Origin: an uncultured Acidimicrobiia bacterium
GTDB taxonomy: Bacteria; Actinomycetota; Acidimicrobiia; IMCC26256; PALSA-555
Direction: 5' to 3'
DNA length: 64,000 nucleotides
Assembly: GCA_963720675.1 (NCBI GenBank)
Contig: CAVRGH010000010.1
Location: 1,020,695 to 1,084,694 of the forward strand
Below are positions 19,889 to 29,900 of this stretch, piece by piece (position 1 is the first letter of the stretch; each line of letters begins with the position of its first letter). Made by a program: the position numbers and the translations under genes. Below the pieces are notes generated by a model. The model ran no database searches. It worked only from the letters and a program-made list of their open reading frames with translations, and was not told where the DNA came from.

Positions 19889-20691
19889 ACCACCTGTTCC
19901 GCGACCTCGCACCGATCTCGAGCGCCGCATGGGCCGAGGTCGACGTGGAAGCCAAGCGCTCGCTCGAGAACTTCCTCGCCGCCCGTCGTCTCGTCGACTT
20001 CTCGGGCCCGCACGGCTGGGCCGAGTCCGCGATCACGCTCGGCAGCATCGAAGCCCTCCCCAAGGGGCCGAGCGACGGCGTGGATGGCGCCCGTCGTGCA
20101 GTGCAGCCGTACGTCGAGCTGCGGGCGACCTTCACGCTCCAGCGCGCCGAGCTCGATGCCATCGAGCGCGGCCACACGTCCCCCGACCTCGACCCGGTCG
20201 TGGATGCAGCCCGCCGGATCGCGCTCGCCGAAGACACCGCGGTCCTGCGCGGCTACGACAGCGCCGGGATCACCGGGATCGCGGAGGCAACGCCGCACGA
20301 ACCCATCGAGCTGGGCGACAGCTTCGGTGAGTACCCCCGCTTCGTCGCGATGGCCGTCGCCGGCCTCCGCGACGCGGGCGTCGAGGGGCCCTACGGCATC
20401 GCCCTCGGCCCGCGCTGCTACGCCGGGATCCTCGAGACCACCGAAGACGGCGGGTACCCCGTGCTCGAGCGGCTGCGACTGATCCTCGGCGGCCCGGTCG
20501 TCTACGCCCCCGCCGTCGACGGCGCCCTCGTCCTCTCGATGCGAGGTGACGACTTCGAGCTCTACTGCGGCCAGGACATCTCGATCGGGTACCAGGCGCA
20601 CGACGCGACGTCGGTGACGCTGTACCTCGAGGAGAGCCTCACCTTCCACGCTCACAGCCCCGAGGCCGCGATCGCACTGCGGTACCCGTAA
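19885..20691 (+). CDS. family 1 encapsulin shell protein (HK97 fold, linocin M18-like)
   Basis: MNHLFRDLAPISSAAWAEVDVEAKRSLENFLAARRLVDFSGPHGW...GVEGPYGIALGPRCY...YPVLERLRLILGGPVVYAPAVDGALVLSMRGDDFELYCGQDISIGY. This is collinear with my recollection of mycobacterial Cfp29 and T. maritima encapsulin. Confidence 0.9.
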   Translation: MNHLFRDLAPISSAAWAEVDVEAKRSLENFLAARRLVDFSGPHGWAESAITLGSIEALPKGPSDGVDGARRAVQPYVELRATFTLQRAELDAIERGHTSPDLDPVVDAARRIALAEDTAVLRGYDSAGITGIAEATPHEPIELGDSFGEYPRFVAMAVAGLRDAGVEGPYGIALGPRCYAGILETTEDGGYPVLERLRLILGGPVVYAPAVDGALVLSMRGDDFELYCGQDISIGYQAHDATSVTLYLEESLTFHAHSPEAAIALRYP

Positions 20692-20746
20692 GTCGCAAGA
20701 AATCTGCCCCGTGGGTCAACCACGGAGCCCCTCGGTCGCGAACACC

Positions 20747-20776
20747 TCGTACCGGAGCCGGACGGCGCCGGTACGA
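20747..20776 (+). terminator. candidate stem-loop after the encapsulin gene (9-bp stem TCGTACCGG/CCGGTACGA, 12-nt loop), no U-tract
   Basis: The inverted repeat is read directly and lies 56 nt after the stop. It lacks a T-run, so terminator function is speculative. Confidence 0.25.
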
Positions 20777-20792
20777 CGGATCGAGGACCGGG

Positions 20793-21464
20793 GTGGGACC
20801 GCCAGGCGACCGAGCACACGGACCGGATGAGCCCGCGCCCCGACTGATCACCGGTCGCGTCCCGGCCCGGGCCGCGGCAACCGTCCTGCTCCTCCACGGC
20901 GGCGCCGAGGTCGGCCGCGAACCGGTCCGAGCCTGGTCCGGGCCCGTGCTCCGGATGCGCCCGATCGGATGGGCCATCCGGCGCCACCGCCCGGACCTCG
21001 CCCTCGCCTTCCTGCGCTACCGATGCCGAGGATGGAACGGCGACGGGGCCGGCGCTCGGCACGACGTCGCGGATGCCATCGCCCGGCTCAAGGAGCGGAC
21101 CCCCGACCTCCCGGTCATCCTCGTCGGGCACTCCATGGGCGGTCGCGTCGCCATCCACGCGGCCGACGACGCCCAGGTCTGCGGCGTGGTCGCGCTCGCG
21201 CCCTGGCTCCCGCGCGGTGAGCCGACCCAGCAGCTCCACGGCGTCGACCTCGTGGTGCTCCACGGCACGAACGACCGTCGCACCTCGCCCGAGCTCTCGG
21301 CCGAGTACGCGCGCGCGGCGGAGGGGACCGCGCGCTCGGTCCGCTTCGTGGCCATCCCCGGTGGCGACCACCCGATGCTCCGGCACGCACCGACCTGGCA
21401 CCGGCTGACCTCCGAAGCCGTCGCCGCGATCGCTCAGGAGCAGACGAACAGGAGTCCGCGCTGA
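20793..21464 (+). CDS. alpha/beta hydrolase
   Basis: Nucleophile elbow VILVGHSMGGRVA, then LVVLHGTNDRRT and a late GDHPM histidine. The stop overlaps the next gene's ATG (ATGA-type TGATG junction at 21462-21466). Confidence 0.7.
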   Translation: MGPPGDRAHGPDEPAPRLITGRVPARAAATVLLLHGGAEVGREPVRAWSGPVLRMRPIGWAIRRHRPDLALAFLRYRCRGWNGDGAGARHDVADAIARLKERTPDLPVILVGHSMGGRVAIHAADDAQVCGVVALAPWLPRGEPTQQLHGVDLVVLHGTNDRRTSPELSAEYARAAEGTARSVRFVAIPGGDHPMLRHAPTWHRLTSEAVAAIAQEQTNRSPR

Positions 21465-22726
21465 TGGACCGACCGCGGACTGCGGTGATCGGCAGCGGCG
21501 TCTCGGGGCTCACGGCCGCGTACCTGCTGCAGCGCAGCGACGACGTCACCCTCTACGAAGCCGATGCCCGACTCGGCGGTCATGCACACACCCACGACGT
21601 CGCGACCGACGACGACCGCGTCGTGCCGGTCGACACCGGCTTCATCGTGCACAACGAGCGGACCTACCCGTACCTGCTTCGGCTCTTCGGCGAGCTCGGG
21701 GTCGAGACCCAGGAGAGCGACATGAGCCTGTCGGTCCGGTGCGACGGATGTGGGCTCGAGTACTCCGGTGCCCGCGGGCTGTCCGGTCTCTTCGCGCAAC
21801 CGAGCAACCTCGTGCGCCCTGCATTCCTCGGGATGCTCACCCAGGTGAAGCGCTTCCACCGTCACGCGCACCGCGTGCTCGCCGCGACGGACCTCGACGG
21901 CTTGACCTTGGGCGACTTCCTCATCGAGGGGCACTACTCGCCGTTCTTCGTCCGCCATTTCCTGCTCCCCCTCGTCTCGATGGTCTGGTCCTGTCCCCCG
22001 CAGACCTCCGCGCAGTACCCGGCGCGGTACCTCTTCACGTTCCTCGACCACCACGGGCTGCTCAGCGTCACCGGCTCGCCCCAGTGGCGCACGGTCGTGG
22101 GCGGGTCCCGCTCCTACGTCGATCGCGTGGCGAAGGAGATCACGGTCACCGCGATGGAAACCCCGGTACGCAGCATCCGCCGCACCGGCGAGGGGGTGGA
22201 GGTGCGCGACGCGGCCGACGGCGCCCAGACCTTTCGGCGGGTGGTCGTGGCGACACACGCCGATCAGGCGCTGACGCTGCTCGCCGAACCGACTCCCGCC
22301 GAGCGCCGCGCCCTGGGAGCATTCGACTACTCCGTGAACGAGACCACGCTGCACACGGACTCGTCGCTGCTCCCACGGCGAGCACGAGCCCGGGCGTCGT
22401 GGAACTATTACCTCGATCGGTGTGACGGTGACCCGGGCAAGGTCCAGGTGAGCTACCACATGAACCGGCTACAACGACTCGACGAGCCGACCGACTACCT
22501 CGTGTCGCTGAACGCCCGTGATCGCATCGCGCCAGAGTCGGTCCTCGCGTGCATGCGTTACACGCACCCGATCTACACCGAGCACTCCGTCGCTGCCCAA
22601 CAGGACCTGCCGGCGCTCGACGACGGATGCATCGCGTTCGCGGGCGCGTACCACGGTTGGGGCTTCCACGAAGACGGCTGCGCATCGGGGGTACGCGCCG
22701 CTGCATCGCTCGGAGTCGACTGGTGA
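21464..22726 (+). CDS. NAD(P)/FAD-dependent oxidoreductase (amine-oxidase/desaturase-like)
   Basis: Rossmann motif TAVIGSGVSGLTAAYLL...VTLYEADARLGGHA...DTGFIVHN. Intact, 420 aa. Coupled to the DUF1365 gene. Confidence 0.8.
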   Translation: MDRPRTAVIGSGVSGLTAAYLLQRSDDVTLYEADARLGGHAHTHDVATDDDRVVPVDTGFIVHNERTYPYLLRLFGELGVETQESDMSLSVRCDGCGLEYSGARGLSGLFAQPSNLVRPAFLGMLTQVKRFHRHAHRVLAATDLDGLTLGDFLIEGHYSPFFVRHFLLPLVSMVWSCPPQTSAQYPARYLFTFLDHHGLLSVTGSPQWRTVVGGSRSYVDRVAKEITVTAMETPVRSIRRTGEGVEVRDAADGAQTFRRVVVATHADQALTLLAEPTPAERRALGAFDYSVNETTLHTDSSLLPRRARARASWNYYLDRCDGDPGKVQVSYHMNRLQRLDEPTDYLVSLNARDRIAPESVLACMRYTHPIYTEHSVAAQQDLPALDDGCIAFAGAYHGWGFHEDGCASGVRAAASLGVDW

Positions 22727-23454
22727 GCGCGCCCGTCCCGTACCGCACCACGATCCGGCACTCCCGCACCGAGCGCGTTCACCACGCGTTCCGCTACCGG
22801 CACGTGATGTGGCTCGTCGACCTCGACCATGTCCCGGAGCCGCACCGACACCTCGGTAGCTGGCTCCCCCAGTTCCTGGCCCGTGACCACTTCGGTGATC
22901 CGCGCGGCACGCTCCGCACGAACGTCGAGCAATACCTCGCCGGCAACGGGATCGAGCTCGATGGTGGACGCATCCTGATGCTCACGAACCCACGGTCGCT
23001 GGGCTACGCGTTCAACCCGATCACGGTCTTCTGGTGCTACGCGAGCGACGGTTCCCTCCGCACGATCATCGCCGAGGTCCACAACACGTTCGGCGAGCGC
23101 CACTGCTATCTCGTCGACCCGGACGCGAACGCCACGAACGTCGACAAGGACTTCTACGTCTCGCCGTTCTTCTCGGTCGACGGCACCTACGACATGCGCT
23201 TCGGGCAGCCGGAGGACGAGGTGCACATCGCGATCACCCTGCGGCGCGGTCCCACCAACGCACCGGTGTTCACCGCCAGGCTGCACGGGCGACGCGGCCG
23301 GACCCCCCGATCGTTCGAGCTCGCAGCGTTGCGTCATCCTGCCGCGAGCGTGCGCGTCATCGCGCTGATCCACTGGCAGGCGATCCAGCTCTGGTTCCGC
23401 CGCCTCCCCATCGTCACCCGCCCCTTGGCCACGAGACAGGAGCACGTGTCATGA
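22723..23454 (+). CDS. DUF1365 family protein
   Basis: From GTG 22723: VSAPVPYRTTIRHSRTERVHHAFRYRHVMWLVDLDHV...LGYAFNPITVFWCY...HNTFGERHCY...FYVSPF. The track ORF 22549 start is an over-extension. Confidence 0.75.
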   Translation: MSAPVPYRTTIRHSRTERVHHAFRYRHVMWLVDLDHVPEPHRHLGSWLPQFLARDHFGDPRGTLRTNVEQYLAGNGIELDGGRILMLTNPRSLGYAFNPITVFWCYASDGSLRTIIAEVHNTFGERHCYLVDPDANATNVDKDFYVSPFFSVDGTYDMRFGQPEDEVHIAITLRRGPTNAPVFTARLHGRRGRTPRSFELAALRHPAASVRVIALIHWQAIQLWFRRLPIVTRPLATRQEHVS

Positions 23455-24707
23455 CTGCGACCGCCCACCAGCACCGCCAGGAGCACGTCTCCGTCGCACC
23501 CTGCGAAGGTCCGTGGCGCCACGTCCCGGCGGCACGCCACAAGCCGGTGCACACCCGGGTCGCCCGAACCCTGTTCCGGCGGGCGACCGGCGCGCTCCCG
23601 ATCCGGGTCGTCCTACCCGACGGCAGCACCTGGGGCGGCGGGGGCTCGACCGATCCGGTCATGCGGATCGAGCGGAACGCGTTCTTCGACCGACTCGGCG
23701 CCGACGGCGTCATCGGCTTCGGCGAGGGGTACATGGTCGGGGACTGGAGCGCCGACGGTGATCTGGCCGAGCTCCTCACCCCGTTCGCCGCACGTACCGC
23801 GACGCACCTGCCCGCGTGGATGCAACGGCTCCGGCGCTTCTACGTGCAGCGTCAGCCGGAAGACGAGCAGAACACGCGGGGAGGTGCGAAGAGCAACATC
23901 CACCGGCACTACGACCTCTCCAATGACCTGTTCTCGCTCTTCCTCGACGAGTCGATGACGTACTCGTCGGCGTTGTTCGCTCCCGGGGACACACTCGAAG
24001 ATGCGCAGCATCGCAAGATCGATCGGTTGCTCGACGCCACCCGGGTCGGGCCGGGCACGCGGGTGCTCGAGATCGGCACGGGCTGGGGAGCACTCGCGAT
24101 CCGTGCCGCACGGCGCGGGGCGATCGTCAGCACGATCACCCTCTCGGGTGAACAGCAGGAGCTTGCTCGCCGCCGTGCAGCGGATGCCGGTGTCACCGAC
24201 CGTGTCGACGTTGCACTGTGCGACTACCGCGATGCGCGCGGCGAATACGACGCGGTCGTGAGCGTCGAGATGATCGAGGCCGTCGGCGATCGCTACTGGC
24301 CGACGTTCTTCACGAGCATCGACCGGGTCCTCGCGCCCGGTGGCACGGTGGGGATCCAGGCGATCCTGCAGCAGCACGATCGGTTCCTCGCGACCCGCGG
24401 TCAGTACACCTGGATGAACAAGTACATCTTCCCCGGCGGGGTGCTCGTGTCGGTCCCGGCCGTCGACGAGATCCTTCGACGCGACACGACGCTCCGGATC
24501 ACCGAGCAGATCGCGTTCGGCCGCAGCTACGCGGCAACGTTGCACGAGTGGCGGAAGCGGTTCGTCGCGCACTCCGAGGACGTCGCCGCCCTCGGCTTCG
24601 ATGCGACGTTCCGTCGCATGTGGGAGCTGTACCTGGCGTACTCCGAGGCCGGGTTCGGCAGTGGCTACCTCGACGTGGCGCAGCTCGTGCTCCGACGCGA
24701 CGCCTGA
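23451..24707 (+). CDS. cyclopropane-fatty-acyl-phospholipid synthase family SAM methyltransferase
   Basis: NIHRHYDLSNDLFSLFLDESMTYSSALF, VLEIGTGWGALAIRAA, VSVEMIEAVG...YFPGG-like region, and RMWELYLAYSEAGF. ATG 23451 overlaps the DUF1365 stop. Confidence 0.85.
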   Translation: MTATAHQHRQEHVSVAPCEGPWRHVPAARHKPVHTRVARTLFRRATGALPIRVVLPDGSTWGGGGSTDPVMRIERNAFFDRLGADGVIGFGEGYMVGDWSADGDLAELLTPFAARTATHLPAWMQRLRRFYVQRQPEDEQNTRGGAKSNIHRHYDLSNDLFSLFLDESMTYSSALFAPGDTLEDAQHRKIDRLLDATRVGPGTRVLEIGTGWGALAIRAARRGAIVSTITLSGEQQELARRRAADAGVTDRVDVALCDYRDARGEYDAVVSVEMIEAVGDRYWPTFFTSIDRVLAPGGTVGIQAILQQHDRFLATRGQYTWMNKYIFPGGVLVSVPAVDEILRRDTTLRITEQIAFGRSYAATLHEWRKRFVAHSEDVAALGFDATFRRMWELYLAYSEAGFGSGYLDVAQLVLRRDA

Positions 24708-24730
24708 CGGCCAGACGGCCTGACGGTCGA

Positions 24731-25399
24731 TCAGCCGGTGATGTCGGTCGTCGACGACGACGCGGTCGCAGGGAGCCCCACCGCACTCCGAGCCTTGCGG
24801 TATGCGCCCACGTCGGCGAGCGTCGGATCCACGAAGAGGTACAGCTTGCGCGTGTCGCCGAGCGCCAACGCGCCGGGGTCGCCGGCCTGGGCGGCGCCCC
24901 CGACCAGATCGGCGAGCGAGGCCCTCCGCCAGTCGACCCGCTTGGCCCACTTCCGGGTGAGCGCGAGCTGCACGAGCGGTGCCGGGCTGGGCGAGGAGTC
25001 GGCCGACGACGCGGGTTCCTGGCACACGTCGAAGCTCGCCAGGTCGGACCAGCGCTCGAACACCCTGGGCAGAAAGATCCGGGCGAGCGGGAGGATCGCG
25101 TCGACCGACGCCTTCGGACTCACGCCGGCGGGATCGATGGGTTCGACGTAGATCGCGAGGTGTGGGCCGTCGGTCGGCGCGCCGTAGATCCGGTGCTTCA
25201 CCAGCGACGCGCGGGTCGTGCGGTACCCGAGCTCCCGCAGCTGACGATCGAAGAGCTTCGCGATCGCGTCGCGTCGCGACGGTGGGAGGTGATCGTTCGG
25301 GGTCGCCGCCGCGAACGAGACCCCTGCCAGTGCCAACGCGACCACCGCCGCCACGAGCGCGACCATCGTTGCGACCGGTCGGCGCGGGGAACGAAGCAC
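24731..25399 (-). CDS. secreted hypothetical protein
   Basis: Possible signal peptide VLRSPRRPVATMVALVAAVVALALAGVSFAAA, followed by plausible globular sequence. I recognise no family. The start is GTG 25399 or ATG 25366. Confidence 0.55.
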   Translation of the reverse strand: MLRSPRRPVATMVALVAAVVALALAGVSFAAATPNDHLPPSRRDAIAKLFDRQLRELGYRTTRASLVKHRIYGAPTDGPHLAIYVEPIDPAGVSPKASVDAILPLARIFLPRVFERWSDLASFDVCQEPASSADSSPSPAPLVQLALTRKWAKRVDWRRASLADLVGGAAQAGDPGALALGDTRKLYLFVDPTLADVGAYRKARSAVGLPATASSSTTDITG

Positions 25400-25518
25400 C
25401 GACAAACGGTAGCGGACCCGGTGCCGTCGCCTCTGACGCCGAACTACGACTCGGGCCCCTGGTCGGCCCTCGGTCCGACCGGATGGCAACGGGCGCGCCG
25501 TTCGAGTGAAGGCATAGG

Positions 25519-26760
25519 TTGGACACCGTGCTCACGCCGATGCGCGACCGCTACACCCGGCCGGACTGGGTCAGGCGGTGCAATGCGATGGCCGACGCCT
25601 GCGGCGGCGCGAACGGCGTCGTGCCCTTCACCGCCGACGACCTGCTCGCGACCGCAACGGCATCGACCGGCCTGGACGACTACGGCGACTTCGGCGACGG
25701 CGACTGGCGTTCACGCTTCGTGGCACTCGTCGAGGCCTGCAACGCTTCGGACCTCACCGTCGTCGGACGGCTCATGACGCGCGAAGAGCTGCTGCGGGCA
25801 TTGCGGACGCGCCTGCTCATGGCGCAACGCTGGCGGGCCGAGCCGTCGATGGCCGACGAGCGAATCGTCGCTCCCATCATCGTGACGGGACCGGCACGCT
25901 CGGGGACGAGCATCCTCTTCGAGCTGCTCGGTCTCGACCCCACGCTGCGCAGCCCGCGAGCCGCCGACGCGCTGCATCCCGTTCCCCCGGCCGGGACCGA
26001 CGACGCACAGCGCCTCGCGATGGCCGAGTGCGAACAAGAGCTGTGGGCGGACGTGCAGCCCGAGTTCGCCGCGGTGCACGAGCTCCGCGCCGACCTCCCG
26101 GTCGAGTGCATCACGCTCAACCTCCCGTCGTTCGCGGGATCACACTGGTTCTTCGTGCTCCGGGAGCTCGGCGCGTGGATGCCCGACCTCGAGGCCGACT
26201 TCGCCTGGCACCGCGCGGTGCTGCAGACCCTGCAACACGGTCAGCCGCAGAGGTCGTGGGTGCTGAAGACGCCGGGCTACCTCATGGTCCTCGACGCGGT
26301 GCTCGCGGCATACCCCGACGCGCGTCTGATGCTCACCCATCGCGATCCCGCGCGCACGATGCCCTCGACCGTGAGCGCAACCGCGACCGTGCACTGGCTG
26401 CGCCGTGACGACGTCGACCTCGCCGGCCTGGTCGCCACCATCGGTGGCGCGTTCGGCGGCGCGCTCCTCGACGTGACCCGGCGGCGGTCGGACGGATGGA
26501 TGGACGGCCGCTTCGGCGACATCCGCTTCCAGCAGCTGCTCGCCGAGCCGGTCGCGACGATCACCGGCGCCTTCGAACAGCTCGGCATCGGTCGGGACCC
26601 GAGCCGGGGGGTCGACATCGAGCGCTACCTCGCCCAGAAGCCCCAGGGGAAGTTCGGTGTGCACCGGTACACCGCCGAAGAATGGGGATTCGACTCGGAG
26701 GCCCTCCATCGAGAGCTCCGCCCGTACACCGACTTCTTCGACGTCGAGCTCGAGGCGTGA
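25519..26760 (+). CDS. sulfotransferase family protein
   Basis: PAPS-binding loop IIVTGPARSGTSILFELLG and later WVLKTPGYL...LTHRDPARTMPS. Intact, 413 aa. Confidence 0.65.
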   Translation: MDTVLTPMRDRYTRPDWVRRCNAMADACGGANGVVPFTADDLLATATASTGLDDYGDFGDGDWRSRFVALVEACNASDLTVVGRLMTREELLRALRTRLLMAQRWRAEPSMADERIVAPIIVTGPARSGTSILFELLGLDPTLRSPRAADALHPVPPAGTDDAQRLAMAECEQELWADVQPEFAAVHELRADLPVECITLNLPSFAGSHWFFVLRELGAWMPDLEADFAWHRAVLQTLQHGQPQRSWVLKTPGYLMVLDAVLAAYPDARLMLTHRDPARTMPSTVSATATVHWLRRDDVDLAGLVATIGGAFGGALLDVTRRRSDGWMDGRFGDIRFQQLLAEPVATITGAFEQLGIGRDPSRGVDIERYLAQKPQGKFGVHRYTAEEWGFDSEALHRELRPYTDFFDVELEA

Positions 26761-26953
26761 CCGCGCCTTGCCGAGCGGTGGCGCGAACGGGTCAGCACCC
26801 CGGCATGTGACGGTCTCGCGCCATTTCTGGTTCCGTGGCGGGTTCCCCCACCCTGCCTCCTAGGGTCTCGCTGCAGGTTTCCGGAACCTGACACCCGCGC
26901 GTCGGGCCCCGTATCAGGAGCAGCGTGGCACGAACCAACAGGAGGACGCTCTG

Positions 26954-29900
26954 TTGAGCGCAACCGTCGGCATCAACGTCGTCTTCACCGATCTCGTCGG
27001 CTCCACCCAGATGTCATCTCGGCTCGGACCGAAGGCGACCGAGGACCTCCGCCAGATCCACTTCGGGCTGCTGCGTTCCGCGATGGAGTCGCAGGGCGGC
27101 ACCGAGGTGAAGAACCTCGGCGACGGGCTCATGGTCGTGTTCCCGAGCCTGTCCTCCGCGCTCGACGGCTGCGTCACGATGCAGCAGGCCATCGAACGCC
27201 ACAACTCCAGCGGCAAGGAGCCGCTCGGGGTGCGCGTCGGGTTCTCGACCGGCGACGCGACCGAGGAGGACAGCGACTACTTCGGCGAGCCCGTGGTCGA
27301 AGCCGCGCGCCTGTCCGCGAAGTGCGAAGCCGGACAGATCATCACGACCGAGCTCGTCTCGATGATGGCGCGCAAGACCGATCACACCTTCGAGAGCATC
27401 GGGGAGCTCGAGCTCCGCGGCGTCCCCGAGCCGGTGCCCGCGGTGACGCTCCTGTGGGAGCCGATGCAGGTCGAGGGCGCGGTCCCGTTGCCCGACCGGC
27501 TCAAACCGGACATGGTCCAGGCGCTCGCCGGTCGTACCGCCGAGATGGGCGCGCTCACCCAGGCGTTCAAGGCAGCCGAAGGGGGCGAACGACGGCTCAC
27601 GTTCCTCGCGGGCGAACCGGGGATCGGCAAGACCCGCCTCAGCGCCGAGCTGGCGACCCAGGTGCACGGTCGGGGCGCGGTCGTGCTGTACGGCCGAGCC
27701 GACGAGGAGCTCACCGTCCCCTACCAGCCGTGGGTCGAGGCCATCACCTACCTGCTCGACGCCGCGCCGGCGGAGCTGGTCGAGGAGGCGGTCCGGTTGC
27801 ACGGTCCGGAGCTGGCGACGCTCGTGCCGAACCTCCGGCGCCGCTACCCGGACCTGGCGACCCCGCACTCCACCGACCCCGAGACCGAGCGCTACTTGTT
27901 GCTGCAGGCGGTCACCGGCACGATCTCGCTCGTCGCGGCCGACGCCCCGGTCTTGATCGTGCTCGACGATCTCCACTGGGCCGGCAAGCCGACCATGACG
28001 ATGCTGCGCCACGTGCTCACCAACATGGCGGCGACCCCGCTGATGATCGTGGGCACGTACCGCGACTCCGATCTCGAGACCGGCCATCCCCTCATCGAGA
28101 CCGTCGCGGCGCTGCGACGGGAGCAGGGCGTCGAGCAGCTCCAGATCCGGGGACTCGACGACCTGGAGATGATCGCCCTCGCCGAAGCGAGCGCAGGCCA
28201 TGAGCTCGACGACCGGACCCGGGCCATGGCGGTGCTGTTGCGCCAGGAGTCGGCCGGCAACCCGTTCTTCGCGCACGAGATCCTCCGCAACCTGGTCGAG
28301 TCGGGTGACCTCGTCCTCGGCGACGACGGCCGGTGGATGGTCGAGAAGGACTTCGAGGAGCTCTCGATCCCCCAGAGCGTCCGCGACGTCGTCGGCCAGC
28401 GCATCGCGCGGATGGGCGAGGACATCCAGAAGACCCTGAGCGCCGCGGCCGTGATCGGGCGCGACTTCGAGCTGGCCCTGCTCGCGGAGGTCACCGGCAC
28501 CGACGAGGACGACCTCCTCGACCTCCTCGAGGCCGCCACCGCGGCGGGCATCCTCGTCGAGGTCCCCGGCGGCGACGAGTGCTTCCGGTTCCAGCACACC
28601 CTGGCCCGCCAGACGCTCGAAGCCGGGCTGAGCGAAGGTCGGCGGCGGCGCATGCACCGCAAGGTCGCCGAAGGAATCGAGGCCACCTGCGGCGACGACC
28701 CGGGCGACCGGGTCGGCGAGCTCGCCACCCACTGGTTCGCGGCGACCGCGTCGGTCGACGGCGACAAGGTCACCCGATACGCGCCGGCTCGCGGGTCAGC
28801 GCGCCGAGGCCGGCCTCGCACCAGACGAGGCGATCCGCTGGTTCACCATGGCCCTCGAGAACCTCGACCTCGCCGACGGACCCGACGACCAGACCCGCGC
28901 CGAGCTCCTGGTCGACCTCGGGACCTCGCAGAAGCACGCGGGCGACGCCACGTATCGCCAGACCCTGCTCGACGCGAGCGCCCTCGCTGCAGCGCGTCGG
29001 CGACCTCCGCCTCATGGTCGCCGCCGCACTGTCCAACCACCGTGGGTTCAACAGCAAGTTCGGCACGCAGGACGAGGAGCGGATCGCCGTCCTCCAGGCC
29101 GCATTGGACGCCGTCGGCAACGATCCCAGTACCGACCGGGCGCTGCTGCTGGCCACGCTCACCAGCGAGCTCGAGTACGCCGCGCCCGTTCGAGGAGCGC
29201 GTGGCCCTCATCGACGAGGCGATCGCGATCGGCGCGATCCGTCGACGATCCGTCGACGCTCGCGACCGTCCTCAACCACTTCTGCATGAGCTTCGCGGTC
29301 CCGCATACGCTCGACGCCCGACGCGACGCCGCCGCCGAAGCGACCGCCATCGCCGAACGGCTCGGCGATCCCACGCTGGGGTTCTGGGCCGCGATCGGTG
29401 CCTTCCAGGTCGCGGTCGGTGCCGGCTCCCCCACCGGCATCCGCGACTCGCTCGAGCGCCTCGGCGCGGCGGCCGACGAGATCGGCAGGCCCTCGTTCCA
29501 CTGGATCGCCGGGAACCTCCGGAACGTGATCACCGCCGTCACGGAAGGCCCCGAAGCCTCGGAGGCCCTCGCGACCGAGAACTTCGCGATCGGCAGCGAC
29601 GCCGGCGAGCCCGACGCGTTCGACTACTTCGCGTTCAGCATCATGACCGCTCGCTGGATCCAGGGCCGTGGCGCGGAGGTCGTCGATCAGGTCCGCCAGG
29701 CGGTCGTCGACAACCCCGCGGTCGCAACGGTCGCCGCCGTGCTGGCCGAGTTCCTCTCGCAGGGTGGCGCCGACGACGAAGCCCGCGCGTTGCTCCACGA
29801 GCAGGCCGCACGCGACTTCGAGTACCCGATCAACAACGCCTGGTCGGCCACCCCGCTCGGGTGGGCGAGGATCGCGGACCACCTCGACGACGCCACCGGG

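Noticed and set aside
20709-20725. A small hairpin CCGTGG-GTCAA-CCACGG just after the encapsulin stop, considered as a terminator.
   Set aside because: It has only a 6-bp stem and no T-tract. The 9-bp stem at 20747-20776 is the better, though still weak, candidate.
29236-29257. An exact 11-bp tandem duplication (GATCCGTCGAC x2), considered as the cause of the nearby frameshift.
   Set aside because: Both copies are read through in one frame as ...RSVDDPSTLATV..., which continues into conserved sequence. The phase change lies a few bases upstream (~29233).
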